Shown here piece by piece: positions 38,001 through 52,309 of a stretch of DNA of 64,000 nt. The DNA lies in assembly GCF_041956535.1 (NCBI RefSeq), contig NW_027192193.1, positions 173,530 through 237,529 of the forward strand. The letters run 5' to 3'. This DNA comes from Calcarisporiella thermophila CBS 279.70 (lineage: Eukaryota; Fungi; Calcarisporiellomycota). Both the position numbers and the translations under genes were made by a program. Under the pieces are notes generated by a model. That model did no database searches. It worked only from the letters and a program-made list of their open reading frames with translations, and was not told the DNA's origin. The number at the start of each line of letters is the position of its first letter. Position 1 is the stretch's first letter.

Positions 38001-39705
38001 TGCCCGTGGGCGTGGAGGCGGATTTTCTCGGCGGGATGGGCGGCTCGGCCAGCCCGATTGCCCGAGCAATGGCATCCATCACCACATCCCGCAGAGTCAG
38101 GCTATCTTCTGTCTCGGGCAACACGTCGGGGCGTGATTTCTCCGAGGGAGCTATCGAGAGCGGCGAGGTTAACCCCCGCGTGAATTCATCGTCCACCAGA
38201 GCACGTCTCGCCAACGTCGCTTCCCGTAGCGCCTGCCTCGCTTTCCGCCTTCTCAGCGTTGCCAGTCCGCTGTCACTCATTTCGGACGCCGCAGCATTCT
38301 CCATAAATTTGCGTCGCATCCCCTCGAGCACGCTATTGTCGATCAAATTGGGGGGCAAATCGTATCCGGAAATAGCGTTCATCCGGCGCTCGATCCTTAG
38401 TAGCTCGGGAGTGAGCCCAAGATATCGGTTGCTCGTCAGAAAAGTGACGCGCTGGAATCGCGTTAGAATCACTTGCACTATATGGGCCGCCGCATTTGGG
38501 TATTTGCGGGTTAGGCGTCGGAATGCCTCTGCGGGAATCACCGCGAGAGTAGTATCAATGGTGGCGCGCGCAACAAGCAAGTTGGTAGATTTACGGCGAG
38601 CCTGAGAAAGCGTAGAGCCGGCATCGCTCCGGGTATCGGCAAGATATTCCTCCTCAGCAAGGTCGACGCGCGAGGATGCTAGAGAATCGGGTCGAGCATA
38701 TCCTTCAGCGTCGGCTTGGTCGAGCTGTGGGAAGACCGCCGAGAGGTCCTCCGGATCTGGGGATGTGTCCCGCGATCGTGCATCCTTTCCAACTAGCCTA
38801 GGGCTACCCGATGGGTAGGGCTGCTGAGACATGGCCATCGTCATTGGGGTTGCGGACGCCAGATTGGAGGAGGTCCGGCCCTGAGAAATCTTTCTCTCAC
38901 GCCTTGGGTGCCTTCCCGGCCCCATATGCTCCGCCATACTAGCGCCGTTATTGTCATGCTTCAATTTGATGTCCTCGGTGAACAGAGAAAGGATGGTAAA
39001 TAAGCTTGACAATGTGCCTCCGGCGCGCACCTCATTCAGCAGGACAAAATCCGAAGTCGAATCCTCGCCCTCGTCGCTGAAATTGCGATCGGACGCATCC
39101 TCATTGCGTGTAACATAAACCTGCACGCATCCATCGACAACAATGTAGAAAGAACGCTCCTGCTCCGGATCGCGGAACAAGGTATCTCCAGCGATGAGCT
39201 TACGCGTCTGAAGGTGACGCGCCAATTCATGGAAAACCGGCTGCTCCAAATAGCCGAAGATCTTGATCGATTGTAGGAATGCACTCAAAAACTCATCTGG
39301 GTAGTTTTTGAATCCAGGCTTCTCATCATCATTGGCGGTGTCCGGTTGCAGATCGAATGAGGTCTGAAGCTTTACGGTTTCCTGTGGGAGTCGCGAGTAC
39401 TTTGTAAGCAGGCGATATCGCACCACGATGTAGGTTGCAAACATAACCAGGAGCACCACCGCGAGAAGAGTGGTGAAGTTGAGCTGAAGCGTGAAAGACC
39501 ACGTGAGAATGCGGTAGGTGACGATGGGAAGGGTGATGGTTGCGAACGATACGAGGCGATAGAGGAGCGAAGGAAGAGTAGAGAAAAAGATATGGAAAAG
39601 TAGGGCGGAGAGGCTGCCAGAGGAGCGCGCTGGTGCCTCAACGCCGACAGCCGTGGCGACAGTGGGGACACTGTCGAAGACCGAGGCGGAAGTGCTCATT
39701 TCCAT
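35067..39705 (-). CDS. NTE1: Lysophospholipase NTE1 (patatin-like, with cNMP-binding domains); 4 exons
   Basis: N-terminal TM; YPDEFLSAFLQSIKIFGYLEQPVFHEL; cNMP domains; SDFARLARRLTGKSVGLVLGGGGARG, GGTSIG, RYVRASMSLSGYMPP, LVDGGY. Confidence 0.96.
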
Positions 39706-41213
39706 AGTGATTGTGATCAGCGAGAAGGCATAGGAAAAGGGCGAGAGTGTTAAGGAAAAATAAAACTAAAAAGAAAAGATTATATGCCAGCGATAAATAA
39801 AATTTGTGGCAACTTGGAAGGGCATGACGGATTGGTTTTAAAAACGAGTATTGAGTTAGGTTACCACCTCGGAAAGAGTAGTCACAAATTGACATTTCAT
39901 CACCCTATAACTATACTGTTCATAATCTTTCCTTGGAATATGGTCATGAACTCTATTGAAACTAGGCTACAGTACGGGAGATGCCCTTAGACTTTTAATT
40001 CTATCTGTGAAAACGAACTAGGCAGCTAAGCACTGAGTTCACGTTATCCTTTAGCCGCTCTCGTATTCTTAATAAGAGTGAAGAGAAGAGATCCATTTTA
40101 TCCTGGTTCAAGCAAAAAAAAAAGAAAGATCCTCAAGATGGATACATATACCCGACAGGTAGAGTGGAGCACTTGCTCGGGTTCAGTTTAAGTTTCTTTT
40201 CATATATACATATATCAAAGACAAAACTGAAAGTTTGCAATAGGTAATTAAGCAGGACAAAGGGAGATTAGAAATCGAGATTTCCGACGAAACTGATATA
40301 ATGTCCATTTGTCGGAGCGAAAGATTGTTCTGCCTACAAGGCCAATTTGCATTGTAGCTAATGAAAAAAGTCTGAATATGATCATCAAGTGAGGAAGAGT
40401 ATCTTGATGGTGTGAAGTAGTAATACTGTGCAAAGTGTTAGCCATTTGTATGAATCGGCGGAGAGCTTGACGTTGCGCTTTATTCATATTTAAGCATTGG
40501 CACCTTATAATCATAATATTCCTACGGGGAGAGATCCCGAGCTTATTGCCAATATCTCTAAAATTTGGCTAAATTCGACAATTTATGAGTACTATGGTGC
40601 TATTAAGAATCACTTGCACACTTATGCAAACACAGGCTGATTGTAGGAGTTTTCCAATGGTCAAGGGCAGAACGCCACAATATAGAAAGAAGCTATGAGG
40701 AAGCATTGATTGGATCCTCTACAATCATCGACAAGATGGCACGCTGATTGTAGAGCTCATGTATATATATAATCTCCGAGTTAACAAGACAAAGTCTGTA
40801 AGGATGATACATCGAGGTTGACGGTTGTGCCTTCGCGATTTTCTCAGAGCCAATTTCCTGGAGTCTCAATTGTTCAATATTGACCATAGTTGGTGTGTGT
40901 GCTTGGGAACTTAGATTGCAGGAATCTTGTCCCAACGCGATTCCCAAGCATTTGTCTCTTCTGGAAGTCATGCAAGTGCTAACGATGCATATGATATAAT
41001 TTCAAAAAGTGACTGCTATCTCTTCGGCTTTCGGCGGGGACAGGTTTTGCATTTTAAACTTCTCAATAGCAAGGGATACTTAGTTTTTCTTCGGTCGAAA
41101 ACGCCAACTTAAAACGTGAAATTCCATATCGAGTTTTCAAAATTGCACGTAAATTGGGTCTATTTTTTCGTTTCTCATTGCCTCCATTCTCGAAAAATCT
41201 TCACGAGAAAAAA

Positions 41214-42519
41214 ATGAACCCCCATTGCAACCGAATGCCGCGCATTCCACACCTAGCATTGCTCCTTCTCTGCGTGCTTTTCGTTTCTGGCTTGGCTCAT
41301 GCCGACGACCAGAAGGCTCCAGTGGACCTCTTGCCAAAGCAAAATTTCACCGAGCAATCGCTTGCTAATCTCACGCTGGCGCAAGCGCTTAATGAGACGA
41401 TCTCGCGAAACCCGCAATTTACTCAGTTTGCTCAGTTTATAGAGAACCTCAACCTCACCAGCACGCTAAACGATACGTCCAAGAACTACACTGTCTTTGT
41501 GCCCGACTTCTCGGCTCTCGCGGAACAAATCCCGAAACTATTTCGCATCGACAATGCTACGCTCGCGGACATTGCTCGGTATCATATTGTTCCCTGGCTG
41601 TGGCGTAACGACCAGCTCAACAACAGCGTGAGCTTTGCCCAGGCCCTCCTTACCAACCGAACTCGTGTGAATTTGCCGGAAGGGGAAGGCCAAGTGGTTG
41701 GCTTGATCAAAAATGAGAGCGGTTTCTATGTTCACTATGGAAGTGGCACTGCAAAGGTCCAGCAAGCGGATATCACCCTGAAAAACGGGGTGGTGCATAT
41801 CGTTGACAAGGTGAAGTGCTGGCGGCTCCTCTTGCAGTTTTATTGGTATGGCGATTGAGGCGGGGAAACTAACCTGGGATTCGGTGTGTTATTATTAGGT
41901 GTTCACCATCCCACAAAACACGACCGAAACACTGCGTGAGGCCAAGCTGAGCAAGCTCTCGAGCCTGCTTGACCAGGCTAATCTAACCGAGGCCGTCAAT
42001 AACTTTACAGGAATCACCCTATTTGCTCCGAGCGACGAGTAGGTTCCAACCATCTTCCCTTGTCTATTCCAGCACCTAGACTTACTACTTGCGAATTTTG
42101 AAAATAGCGCATTGGATGACGCAGACCTGAAGGATTTGAACCAAACCGAGCTGGTGAACCTGTTGAAGTATCATCTCCTACACCCGGATGTCATTTATTC
42201 AAACCTTGTCTCCGGAAACACCACTATCCAAACCGTCCAAGGCAGTAACCTGACGGCGTTTAACGACACCAAAGGCGTCCAACTACGCGATGCTCAGAAC
42301 AATACCGTGCGCGTGATATCGGCCAACCAACTGACCTCCAACGGAGTAGTGCACGTGATTGACAAAGTTCTCAAACCACCCAACGACACTCTAAATGGCA
42401 CCATGCCCGTCAACCTGGGGATTACCGACTCTCGTGGAGCTCGAAGCGCTGGTTCACAGCTTGTGGCCACTGGAGGATGGATTGCCCTCATCAGTGTAGT
42501 CTACATGTTTTTGTTGTAA
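41214..42519 (+). CDS. Fasciclin (FAS1 x2) cell-surface glycoprotein, probably GPI- or TM-anchored; 3 exons
   Basis: Signal peptide; YTVFVP, RYHIVP, NGVVHIVDKV; ITLFAPSD, KYHLL, NGVVHVIDKVL; many NxT/S sequons; hydrophobic C-terminus. Confidence 0.92.
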
Positions 42520-43626
42520 GAACGCGTCAACGCCAATCTTACGGTAATATGTATTCGATAAAACAGTTTGTACTACTACGAATTAGCCAGATAGCAATGT
42601 TTTTTAATTTGTTGAAATAGCCATGCTTAGTGTCTTCCAATATTTATTTTAATAAAACGCACAGAGTTAACGTATCACTTTTCATTGCATGTGAGATGGA
42701 CACTGGATGTGAAATGGAGCCATGTTGCTCATTCCACGAAGGGGAAATCAGTTATAATAGGAGGTTTCCTATTTTCATACACCATCGAAACTCAAGTAAA
42801 ACATCGAAATATCCCCGTATCGCTACCCAGAATTAAAGGAAAACGAGCCGAAGGGTCGTACGAGGAATAGTCCATTTGAATGAAAAAAGGGTTAAGTCAT
42901 GGTGCAATTAAAGACAAGTACAGGGGATCTTTTTTAACAGTAATATCGTGTATAAAACTATGTATAAATGTCTCTAACATTTTTTTTTTGCTTTGACTCA
43001 TAATGCTTTAATTTTTGCCATTGTGACTTGAAGTCAGAGGTGATCAAAGCCCCTCAATCATGGTTTGGTTGGTTAAGTATTTGGAACTGATAAACATCAT
43101 GTTTGCAACAATATTTTCTGTTTGGGAAAGGGCAGCTGCAAGTGCGACTTTGGTGTTAATAGGGATTAACGGGCTCGAACCATGTTTCCTCCTGGCCATT
43201 TAAGCGAGAGAGCTAACCCTCTCAATAATAGGAGCTTCGTTGAAAGCTTACCAATGGGTTACGAGTAAATCCAGGAAGGCTCCTGGTATTGCTGGTTGCC
43301 CATACTTCCAATCATCATTCGCTCTTCACCTCATTGCGGTCAACGAACATTTTTCGCCTCCATTTTTTCTCGAAGGAGTCGCCTATGGCTAGTACGGAGG
43401 TATTGCAGCCAATCTAAATGCCAGTAAGGGCACCGAACTCTGAAGGGCCATCGCCAAGAACTTTATTGATTGGAGTGCCTCCAGTGGTCCAAAGCCACAA
43501 GCTCTTTTCTGCCTCTCAAACGAACATTCTTTGTCCTGTGAGTAATATAACTTTGTATTATTCCCCAACCGGCATTGTGTTTATATATTGGCATATTATT
43601 CTCAGCATTTTAATCCAATAATCGTT

Positions 43627-46065
43627 ATGCCACCCATCACACTCCGTCCAGAATCTGATTCATCTCCTGATCCAAATTCCCCCGATGCAAAAATTAACCG
43701 TGTAGGCAAAGCATGCCAGCCATGCCGCCGAAAAAAGCAGAAATGTGACGGGAATCGAAATGGTTGCTCGCGTTGCAAAAGACTAGGCATCAAATGCTTC
43801 TTTGAGGCTTTCATCGCACGGCGAGGTCGTCCTCCCGCCCGACACTATGGAGAATGCGAGCAGATACTTTTCGAGGCTAAAAATTCAGTACTCAAGCAGA
43901 TTTCGAAGCACCATAACCAATGGATGCGACTACAACTAGCACTCCCACAGACAGAATGTGCGGTCAGAAGTATAGGGGTACATATCCATATTTCTGAGGT
44001 GGTTGGCTCTCTCGTTTGGGGTTTTGTACTGACTCGATCTCTCCCTTTCACGTTTTAGCCACGGATGGTGGACAAATCCAACTACGAGATAACTTGGTTT
44101 TGGGATTGGGCCCCGGAAAAGAATTTCGATCGTGTGACAAGCCCCAGTATACCTGCCAACGATATGCTCAGCATTCTCATTGCGAAGTTTAGCGCCCTGA
44201 GTGTGGGTGAGCGTATCGTCAAAAATTTTCCCCGCCTTGCCTATGAAGAGTCTGACTTTGCCGAGTATAAGGGAGCCAAAAATCCGCTCGAGAGCCTGAC
44301 AGAGGACCAAGCACTCTACCTGCTCCACGTGTGGTTCAAGCAGCATGTGTTCTGTAACATCCTCAACCAAACGATCATGGTTTCCAACTATCGACGCAAG
44401 CAATTTGATCCATTCCTGTATGCAGTGGTGTTTGCCGACGCCTTGGACATGGTGAACCTCTACAACATGCCAAGGGTGCATCGGCCGGGCTCATTCTTCG
44501 TCGACTATGCGCTCTCGCTGCTGGAGCGGGAGACCTTCGAGCCGTCGCTGCCAAAGCTGCAGGGTCTCTTTCTCCTCTCCATCATATTGATGGACTCGGG
44601 AGAGTCCAGAAAGGGTCTACTGATCGTGGCATTGGCGCGTAGAATGGCGAGCCAGCTGAGAATCCCAGAGCTGGACGATATACTGTTTGGGGACGAGCTT
44701 GACCCCATAGAGCGGGAACTGCGCACCAACATCTGGTGGGCTATGCGAATCGCCTTCTCGTGGGGAGTGTTCCATTCGGGGCTACGGGTGGACAACGAAG
44801 CCATGACTGCACGGGTCAAACTGCCGGTCAAGGATGAGAAAGAATCGGTGCTCTACGAACTGGATCGGAGCCACGGCTTCTGTGCCTCGCCGGAAGACTA
44901 CGCAAACGTAATCCGCACCTTCTACAGTTGCGCCTATCTGATCGTGGTGTTTACGGAGATGTGGATGCAAATCGTCCCGGCTCCTAGCGGCCTTTCCCTG
45001 CTAGGGCCACAAGTTCCCAGGCTGATTGAGGGCGTATCAACCCCATCGCCGCAGGCACTCTCCCGTTTCTCTTCCGATTTGGCCGCGCTTGCCAAGGGGA
45101 TCTCGGGCGAGCACGAGCTGTTGGACGCCGCCCAACTCCTCCTTTCCATCCACACCCTAATCATTCACTCGTACTTTCCAAAGGCTCAGGGCGACCAGCC
45201 CATTTTCATCGAAGAGAACACTCTTCTCCAGTGCTTAGAGCCCGCCGACAGTATAGTGGATTTGGCGGAGAAGGTGCTGGAGGAGCCATCCAGCTTTCCG
45301 CTGCACTCGATTGTGGTCTTCGGGCTCAACACGAGTGCCTGTGTGCATATGCTGATGGCCATGTCCCACGATGACGCCAGACGCGACAGTGCCTCCGAGT
45401 ATTTAAAAAGGACACTGCAAATCCTGAGAAATAGAGAGCTGGTCTGTCCGAATCAGGAGCTTGTCCGCACGATTGAGGATTTCCAGTCCGCCAAAGGGGA
45501 CATCGAAAAAGCGGTGCCGGCCTTGGAGGGCGCACGGGAGTCTGCCATCTCTGTTGTGCTCCCCCGTGTGAAGCTACGGCCGTTGTCCGATGCGGGGACG
45601 CTGGATGAGACAACAAGCACCACGCAGGCCGTCGTGCTGATTCGCATCCCCAAGCAGGCCACGCCGGAAATACAGCCGCTCTCCGCGGCAAATTCTCCCG
45701 AGTCCACCGCCTCCTCCATTATGCTGCCGCTACAAACCGAGACAGAAACCATGCTGCAGTCTCTCCTCGATGCACTTGTTCCCTCATTACCAACCAGGAC
45801 GGGTGACCCTCTCCCCTCGGATGCACTGCCCGCCCTGCATGCCGCAAAGCCTTCCATGACTTCGTACGCTGGGCCTATCTTTGCGGAGCACTTTCCCGCG
45901 TTCAACTCGTTTGATTTCCAGCCGTCCCCTTCCTCAAGCGGGTCTCCGTCCCAGTCAAGCGGGGAAAGGGTGGATCCGAAAGCTACCCCCGAGCAGCAGG
46001 GCGAGCTTATGGCTGCCCTCATCAACCTTGCCACCACGCCCGAGTTCTTCAACATCCTCCAGTAG
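43627..46065 (+). CDS. Zn2Cys6 transcription factor with fungal TF middle-homology region; intron 43963-44058
   Basis: ACQPCRRKKQKCDGNRNGCSRCKRLGIKCFF...RRGRP; PSLPKLQGLFLL, ALARRMASQLRI, IERELRTNIWWAM. Confidence 0.88.
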
Positions 46066-48945
46066 CCAAGCAAGCCTCCAATGGGCACCAGATAGCTCTT
46101 GCACGAGGATCCAATTCCCGAAATGCCTGCATGACGCCGATTACCAGAACCAGGATTCACCCGCGTAGCAGCCCCCCCCCCCCATGGATGTTGCCGCTAT
46201 GAGAGCTGCGTTACAATGGTCACTCTTCCTGTGCTTATTCTATTTACATTTTCTATAATTTAATATATCGCATACTTGCTTTATTTTATTTTTTGGGGGG
46301 GAGGGGGGGAAACCATCTCTCTATATCTATAGCCCTCTACGCCCAGGTGACCTGGACGCTATCTTTTTGTTTGCCTGTCAATAATTGTGTAAACCCACGT
46401 TTTTTTTTTCCATTTATCAAAGTAAATACCACAGACATGCTTTTGCCATTGGACTGAATTTCTGTTATTGGTCGTACTGTACCACAAACACCACCAGGAC
46501 TGGATCGACCCGAAAACTCCAGGCGCACCCCAAGCCATCGTCAGAGCACATTTGGCTGGGGGAATCGAAACGTTCCTCAACGGGGAAGGAGTGTTCAGAT
46601 GGCCCCATTTAGCTAAGCAACTCTTCTTTCTCTCTCTTTCCGCTATTGTGCCATACGGAAGCTCTCCTAGGAGCAACCAGGGGCCACCTTGAAACCTCCA
46701 GCTACCGCAGTGGACACCATTCAAGCTAGTAATGAATTATTTTTTGGGCTTTGCAGCTCTAGGGCGGAGAAGAGCGGTGAGTGTATGAAAAAAGAGCGGT
46801 TTCGTGAAGGAAATTGTGCCCTGCTCGCTAGCCATTTTGAAAGGCGCTCGTGGCATAATGGATATCCATTTGAGCGCAAGATTAGTTTAAACCGCACCCC
46901 TCAACGCTTGCTCTTTGGTCTGTGACACTTCATGTTCATCTATATCTATTTGTATATATGCTGTGTATGATTATTGATGTTGCAAAATTTAATTAGAACC
47001 AAGTCACTGTGTATCTGCTGGTGTGAGACTCTGTGTCTTGGTCATTTTTCCCATAGAAAATTGATCCCCCATTTACCCCCTCTGTGGCCGTATCATGAGT
47101 GCGTGTAGCTTGATCAGGATGGGGCATTTCGGCCGATAATATGTCGGGGCCACGCTGGCATCGCCAGTAGCACAATCCAATGTACCAAGTAATCAAGCGT
47201 CTCGTGGCTGGATTCGATCGAGCAGACCAGATCGACGAATAGCCGCCATCGGTGGCCACCTGTATCCATCCTATCTCCCTGCTGAACCTTGGAGGGGGAA
47301 TGGCCCGATGGATTTGGATGCCAATTGCCTTAACTTCCAAAAACAACTCTAATCCGGAACTCCGATGGTGCCCAATGGTGGACTTGGTGACTTCATGCGG
47401 CTGCACGAGTCCATGGCGGCGGCTTGCTTACGCAACGGTTAGCGAAGGCCTTCGCATACCGTTTAGCCGGTCAACTGCGATGCAGCTCAGAAATAAGGCT
47501 TTCTTTACTTTTCCCCCCAACCCGTCTTTACCTCCTCGTGGGTTGACGACTATATTTAGTCCATATTGAGCTGGCAAGCTGAATTTGCATTTGTTTTTAT
47601 TTTCTTTCGTGCATGCATCCATACGGTGAATTTAGCTAACGAGCCCATACGCCGCAAGCTGCCGGAAAGCGTGTAAACAAAAATGCTCGCGACGCTAGAG
47701 TGCGAGCTAGTTAGCAATAATAGCACAATCTGCGTCTAGGTGGACACCTTTTCTTGGTTCCAGCCATGCCCGCCCCTTCTAATTAGAGCCGGAGAGCATG
47801 GGTGAAGCGGTGGAGAGGCAGACGGCCTTCCCATCATGCAGAACCTGTGGCTGTGAGTTTCCCCTAAGCCTGGTTAATTAGCCTCCTCCATTAGGGCATT
47901 TCTGGAAACCTGTCGCGTGGCTCTTGGCTGGGCCTAGACTCGATGAGGGAGGGGGAGGCAAGGAGGGATGCATCCAGCCGCCTGCGGGTCCTCGCTGGTC
48001 GCCGACAGACGGAGGCAAGGGCAGGCGATGGCGTCTGGGTGAGATTCGTTCGGTAGAAGGTCTTTCTTTCATTTTCCTGGCCTCGGAGGTTTCAGGGGGA
48101 GGCCGGGAGGGGAGGAGGAACACTGAGCAGCCCGGCTCTGAAGGATATTCGACATGTTTCTATACATATGGACCTCCGAAGATCAGTGGTGAGATGCGTG
48201 GATGCAATCAACTAGGGGCCAGATTCTCTGCTAATCAGCATTTAGTAATTCATATTGCTGTTATCTTCAATAATTAGGTTTTACGTTTCACCCTTTTGGT
48301 TGCCTGCCCATGGAGCTCAATCTCGCTTTGTTCTACAGCATCGTTTAATAACCCAGGGCCGCTTATTTTCCGACCATGAGTAATGGGCCATCGGCGGCCC
48401 GCTGCGGGGGGAGGAGAGGAGGGGAGAGGGCTCGCAGCCGGCGGGCCCGTCCAGCGCTCTTCCTCCCCGCCTCTTACCAATCACCCATGTGGTGACGTCG
48501 GTTAAGGAGGCACTCTATGGCGCCCACACGAATCGTTTGCTTCCATTTCCGTTGCAAGTCAAAGCGATCAAAAATAGCCGGCCAATCAGGCGGGCCCCCG
48601 AGCCTATCGAAAAAATTAGAATCGTCTGCCGGCGACACATTGGAAGATAAAATTAACCCTCCGCCACTTTTAAGGGTTACTAAAGTAAAATAAGCATCTT
48701 ACTGTTTTTTAATATGCAACGTCGTACCAATAACAAGATATAAATTGGATTGTCTTTCCTCAGCAACCCATTTTTTTAAATTCCAATTTTTCATTTCCTC
48801 TATCTCGTTCCTCCTCTTCCCTTTCTCTTCCCCATTGGATTCCTCCTATTTATTCATCTTGTAGTTTCTTTACTCTTCATCAGCCTCCTCTCCCCTTACC
48901 CACACGCTACCAAAGCACTCACACTAGAACTTCTACTCTTCAATA

Positions 48946-50147
48946 ATGGTCGCCAAATCACTCTTCCTCTCTCTCTCGCTCGCTGCTCTCGCGGTGGCTC
49001 AGCAGGCCGCCCTTCCCCTCCCCCAGAGCGATGGGGTCCCCACTCCCCTCCAGGAATGGGTTGCCCAAGTCGATATGAGCAAGGTTGCTAACGCCCCCGT
49101 GGGCGCCAAGTGCGGCGAGGCCGGCAACGACCCCTTCTGCCACTGGACCTGCACCGAGTGCCTGCGCACCAACAAAACCGACGTCGCCACCTGCCCGAAG
49201 GGCACTTGGGCCTTGACCTTCGACGACGGGCCGACCGAGTTCACCCCCGCCCTGCTCGACTTCTTGAAGCAGAACAACCTCAAGGTGACCTTCTTCCTCA
49301 TGGGCTCCCAGGTCAGGAAGCTGCCGGAGTTCGTGAAGCGCGCCTTCGCTGACGGCCATGAGCTCGCCGGCCACACCTGGTCCCACACCCCCCTGACCAC
49401 CTTGACCAACGAGCAGATCATTGCCGAGCTCAAGTGGACCGAGGAGGTCATTTTCCAGACCGTCGGAAAGCGCATCAAGTACTTCCGCCCGCCGCAGGGC
49501 GACATGGACGACCGTGTGCGCGACATTGCCGCCCAGCTCGGCTACAAGATCTTCCAGTGGGATGTGGATACGTATGTAGTGTGGATTTTCTTTGCCATCG
49601 GTGACACACGCCGCTAACTCCTTATGCTCTTTTTGCTTGATCTTATTCTAGTAACGATTGGAAGATCCGCACCAAGGAGATCACCATCCCTCAGGTGGAG
49701 GCCAACATTGCCAAGCCCGTCTCCGAGGCCGGCACCCGCCAAACCGGTGTGCTCTCCCTGGAGCACGACCACGCCAAGGAGACCGTGGACGTGGCCATCG
49801 CCAACATCCCCAAGATCATCCAGGCCGGATTCAAGCCCGTGCTCGCCAGCCAGTGCATTGGGGAAGCCTCTGCCTATCGTGACGGAAGTGCTCCTGCCAC
49901 CAATGGCACCTCGCTTGCGCCCTCCGCCAGTGCCGCTGTCTCCTCTGCCGCCGTGAGCGGAACCGTCCTGCCCTCGGCCGCGGCCTCTGGAGCGGCCTCT
50001 ACTGGTGCCCCGGGTGCTTCGCTCGCGGCCCAGAGCGGGGCTGCTAAGCCTTCTTCCTCTGCTCAGGGAGCCAAATCCGACGCTAACCGCATGAGTGTCG
50101 GCATCATGGGACTTGTTGGGGCTGTGGTCGCCTCATTGGCGTTCTAA
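48946..50147 (+). CDS. Chitin deacetylase (CE4/NodB), secreted, Ser/Ala tail, probable GPI anchor; 2 exons
   Basis: Signal peptide; CHWTCTEC; TFDDGP, HTWSH, RPPQGD, DTNDW, LEHD; hydrophobic C-terminus. Confidence 0.94.
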
Positions 50148-50671
50148 ATTATCTTATTTCCTCTCTGCCTATACACATATACATATATATATATATATTA
50201 CTGTTTTTATTATATATATACATACATTGATCTATTTTTTATTTGATAATTTCCCTCTATCAGCACGCACACCGGCATTTCATTTATCCCCGATTCGATT
50301 CACTTTTTTTTTATCTCTTCTCTTCCTCTTTCTCCCTCTTCCCTGTATGTACACGTTTCTATCTAGCAAAATATAAATGCACCTACCGAAGAGGTAGGTA
50401 GGTGTTGGACTCTAAACATTGATCCGGCCGGTGACGGAAACCCTCGTCATCGCCCTATGGATTGGTCCAAAAAAATAAGATTCAGCAGTATTGTAGCCAA
50501 GACCGGGAGAGAAGAATTTCGGGAACAGATCTAAACCTTTCTGCTGGTGTCACCGGCCAAAAAAAGCTTCTCTCCTGATCCAATATTCCCCCCCCTCAGC
50601 TACGTCGGTTGTTTGGATCTTCGACGCTCCCCGTCATCGTCTTTCTCTCCTAGCTGTCATCCGTCGACAAA

Positions 50672-52066
50672 ATGACCAACAAGCCCTACGTCGTGTTTTG
50701 TCGCGGCTTTGATAATGCCCTGAAGGAATTCGACGAGTTCTCCAAGAAATTCAATGTCCAGGTTTGTATAGGCTTGCTCCCTAGGAGGGATGAATTGAGG
50801 GGTGATTCCAACTTATGGCTGCCCTCTGCAGATAATGAACCCCGCCATTTCTCGCGCCGAATTCATCGACGATCTCAAGGCGGGGAAGTTGAACGGCGCC
50901 GTGGCGATTTACAAATCCTACGAGTCCAACTATGTAAGTTCATGAGGCCATTCCGTCCAGTTCGGCGGTTTATTGAGTTGAAGCGGATGCGGCTCGAGTT
51001 GGAGTTCATGGCTGATCCCACTGTCTCATGTTCTTAGACCATCGGCCGATTCGATCAAGAAATCGTGGACCTCCTCCCCGATTCTCTCAAAGTGGTGGCC
51101 TACCGTGGTGCCGGGTATGACAGTATTGACGTCGAAGCTTGTGCAAGAAAAGGTGACATCCCGCGCTAACCTTACTGGTTTCACTCGGGGAGAGCCACGC
51201 TAACCTATCCCACGCTCTAGGGATTTGGGTCACCAACACCCCCGGTGCCGCCAGTGATAGCACCGCCGATGTCGCCATGTGGCTGGTCATCAGTGTGATG
51301 CGCAATATGTGGGCGGCCCAATTGAGCGTGCACCGAGGCAATTGGAAGCATGGGTGGGAATGCGGCTACAATCTGCGTGGCCGCACCCTCGGGATTCTGG
51401 GGCTGGGCCTCATCGGGCAGCAGTTGGCAGTGCGGGCCAACAGCTTTGGAATGCGAGTCATCTACAATAAGCGGACGCCCTTGTCGGCCGAAGGTAGGCC
51501 GTCTTCAGCTGGAAATTCCCCATTTCCTCTGCGCCAGAGCTCACCCCGTTTTTCTCTTCTCCCCTCTCTTCGTTTCCCCTCCTTCGCTTGCTCCCCGTGT
51601 TTCTCGACGCCCCTATTTTGAATGGGTAGAGGAGCGGAAATGGAACGTCCACTATGCCGGGTTTGAAGCGCTGCTCTCGCAGGCCGACGTGGTGGTGGTG
51701 TGCTGCCCGCTGACCCCCGAGACCCGCCACCTCCTCAGCGACGCGCAGTTTGCGCTCATGAAGCGCGGGGCGCACGTGGTGAACATCGCACGGGGAGCCG
51801 TGATTGACGAGGAGGCGCTGGTGCGCGCCCTGAAGAGCGGGCACCTCGCCAGCGCGGGCTTGGATGTGTTCGAGCATGAGCCGCAGATCCACCCCTACCT
51901 GCTGGAGAGCGAGCGGTGCATGGTGTTGCCCCACGTGGCCGGGCCGACCCATGACACTCACTATCGGATGGAGGAGCAGGTGATGGAGGCCATCGAGAGC
52001 GCGTGTGAGGGCCAGGTCCCCCCGCTCTATCATGTGAATTGGCCGCAGAATATACCAAGACCTTAA
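50672..52066 (+). CDS. D-isomer-specific 2-hydroxyacid dehydrogenase (glyoxylate reductase-like); 5 exons
   Basis: GAGYDSIDV, VTNTPGA, LRGRTLGILGLGLIG, CPLTPETRHL, VNIARGAVIDEEAL, GLDVFEHEP, LPHVAG. Confidence 0.93.
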
Positions 52067-52309
52067 GGGGCCGATCCCGGGCACGGGAAGCCACCTCCTC
52101 GCCTTTAATACGAACCCGGTTGGTTACAACATACAATAATTTATTAGAGATAATGCTCGATCTTTGTTATTCTACTCTCGCTTAAATAATAAAAAAGTGG
52201 TTTGACATGAAATGTGTATCATCAAGTGGTATATCAATGGAAGGGAGAGGCAGAGGGGTGGCTAAGGAGGGGAAGAAGGGGGAGGAAGACGAGGAGGGGG
52301 AGGAGGGCT

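Noticed and set aside
35055-38605. Long + strand ORFs overlapping NTE1
   Set aside because: Antisense frames kept open by the high GC3 of the real gene.
40248-41112. Short ORFs between NTE1 and the fasciclin
   Set aside because: AT-rich, with no motifs or splice-supported structure.
46337-48480. Several 60-140 aa ORFs between the Zn-cluster TF and the chitin deacetylase
   Set aside because: No recognisable motifs or coherent exon chain; treated as intergenic, though a novel gene cannot be excluded.
48946-52066. Deacetylase, dehydrogenase and nearby TF as a metabolic gene cluster
   Set aside because: No shared pathway or backbone enzyme; adjacency alone is not evidence.
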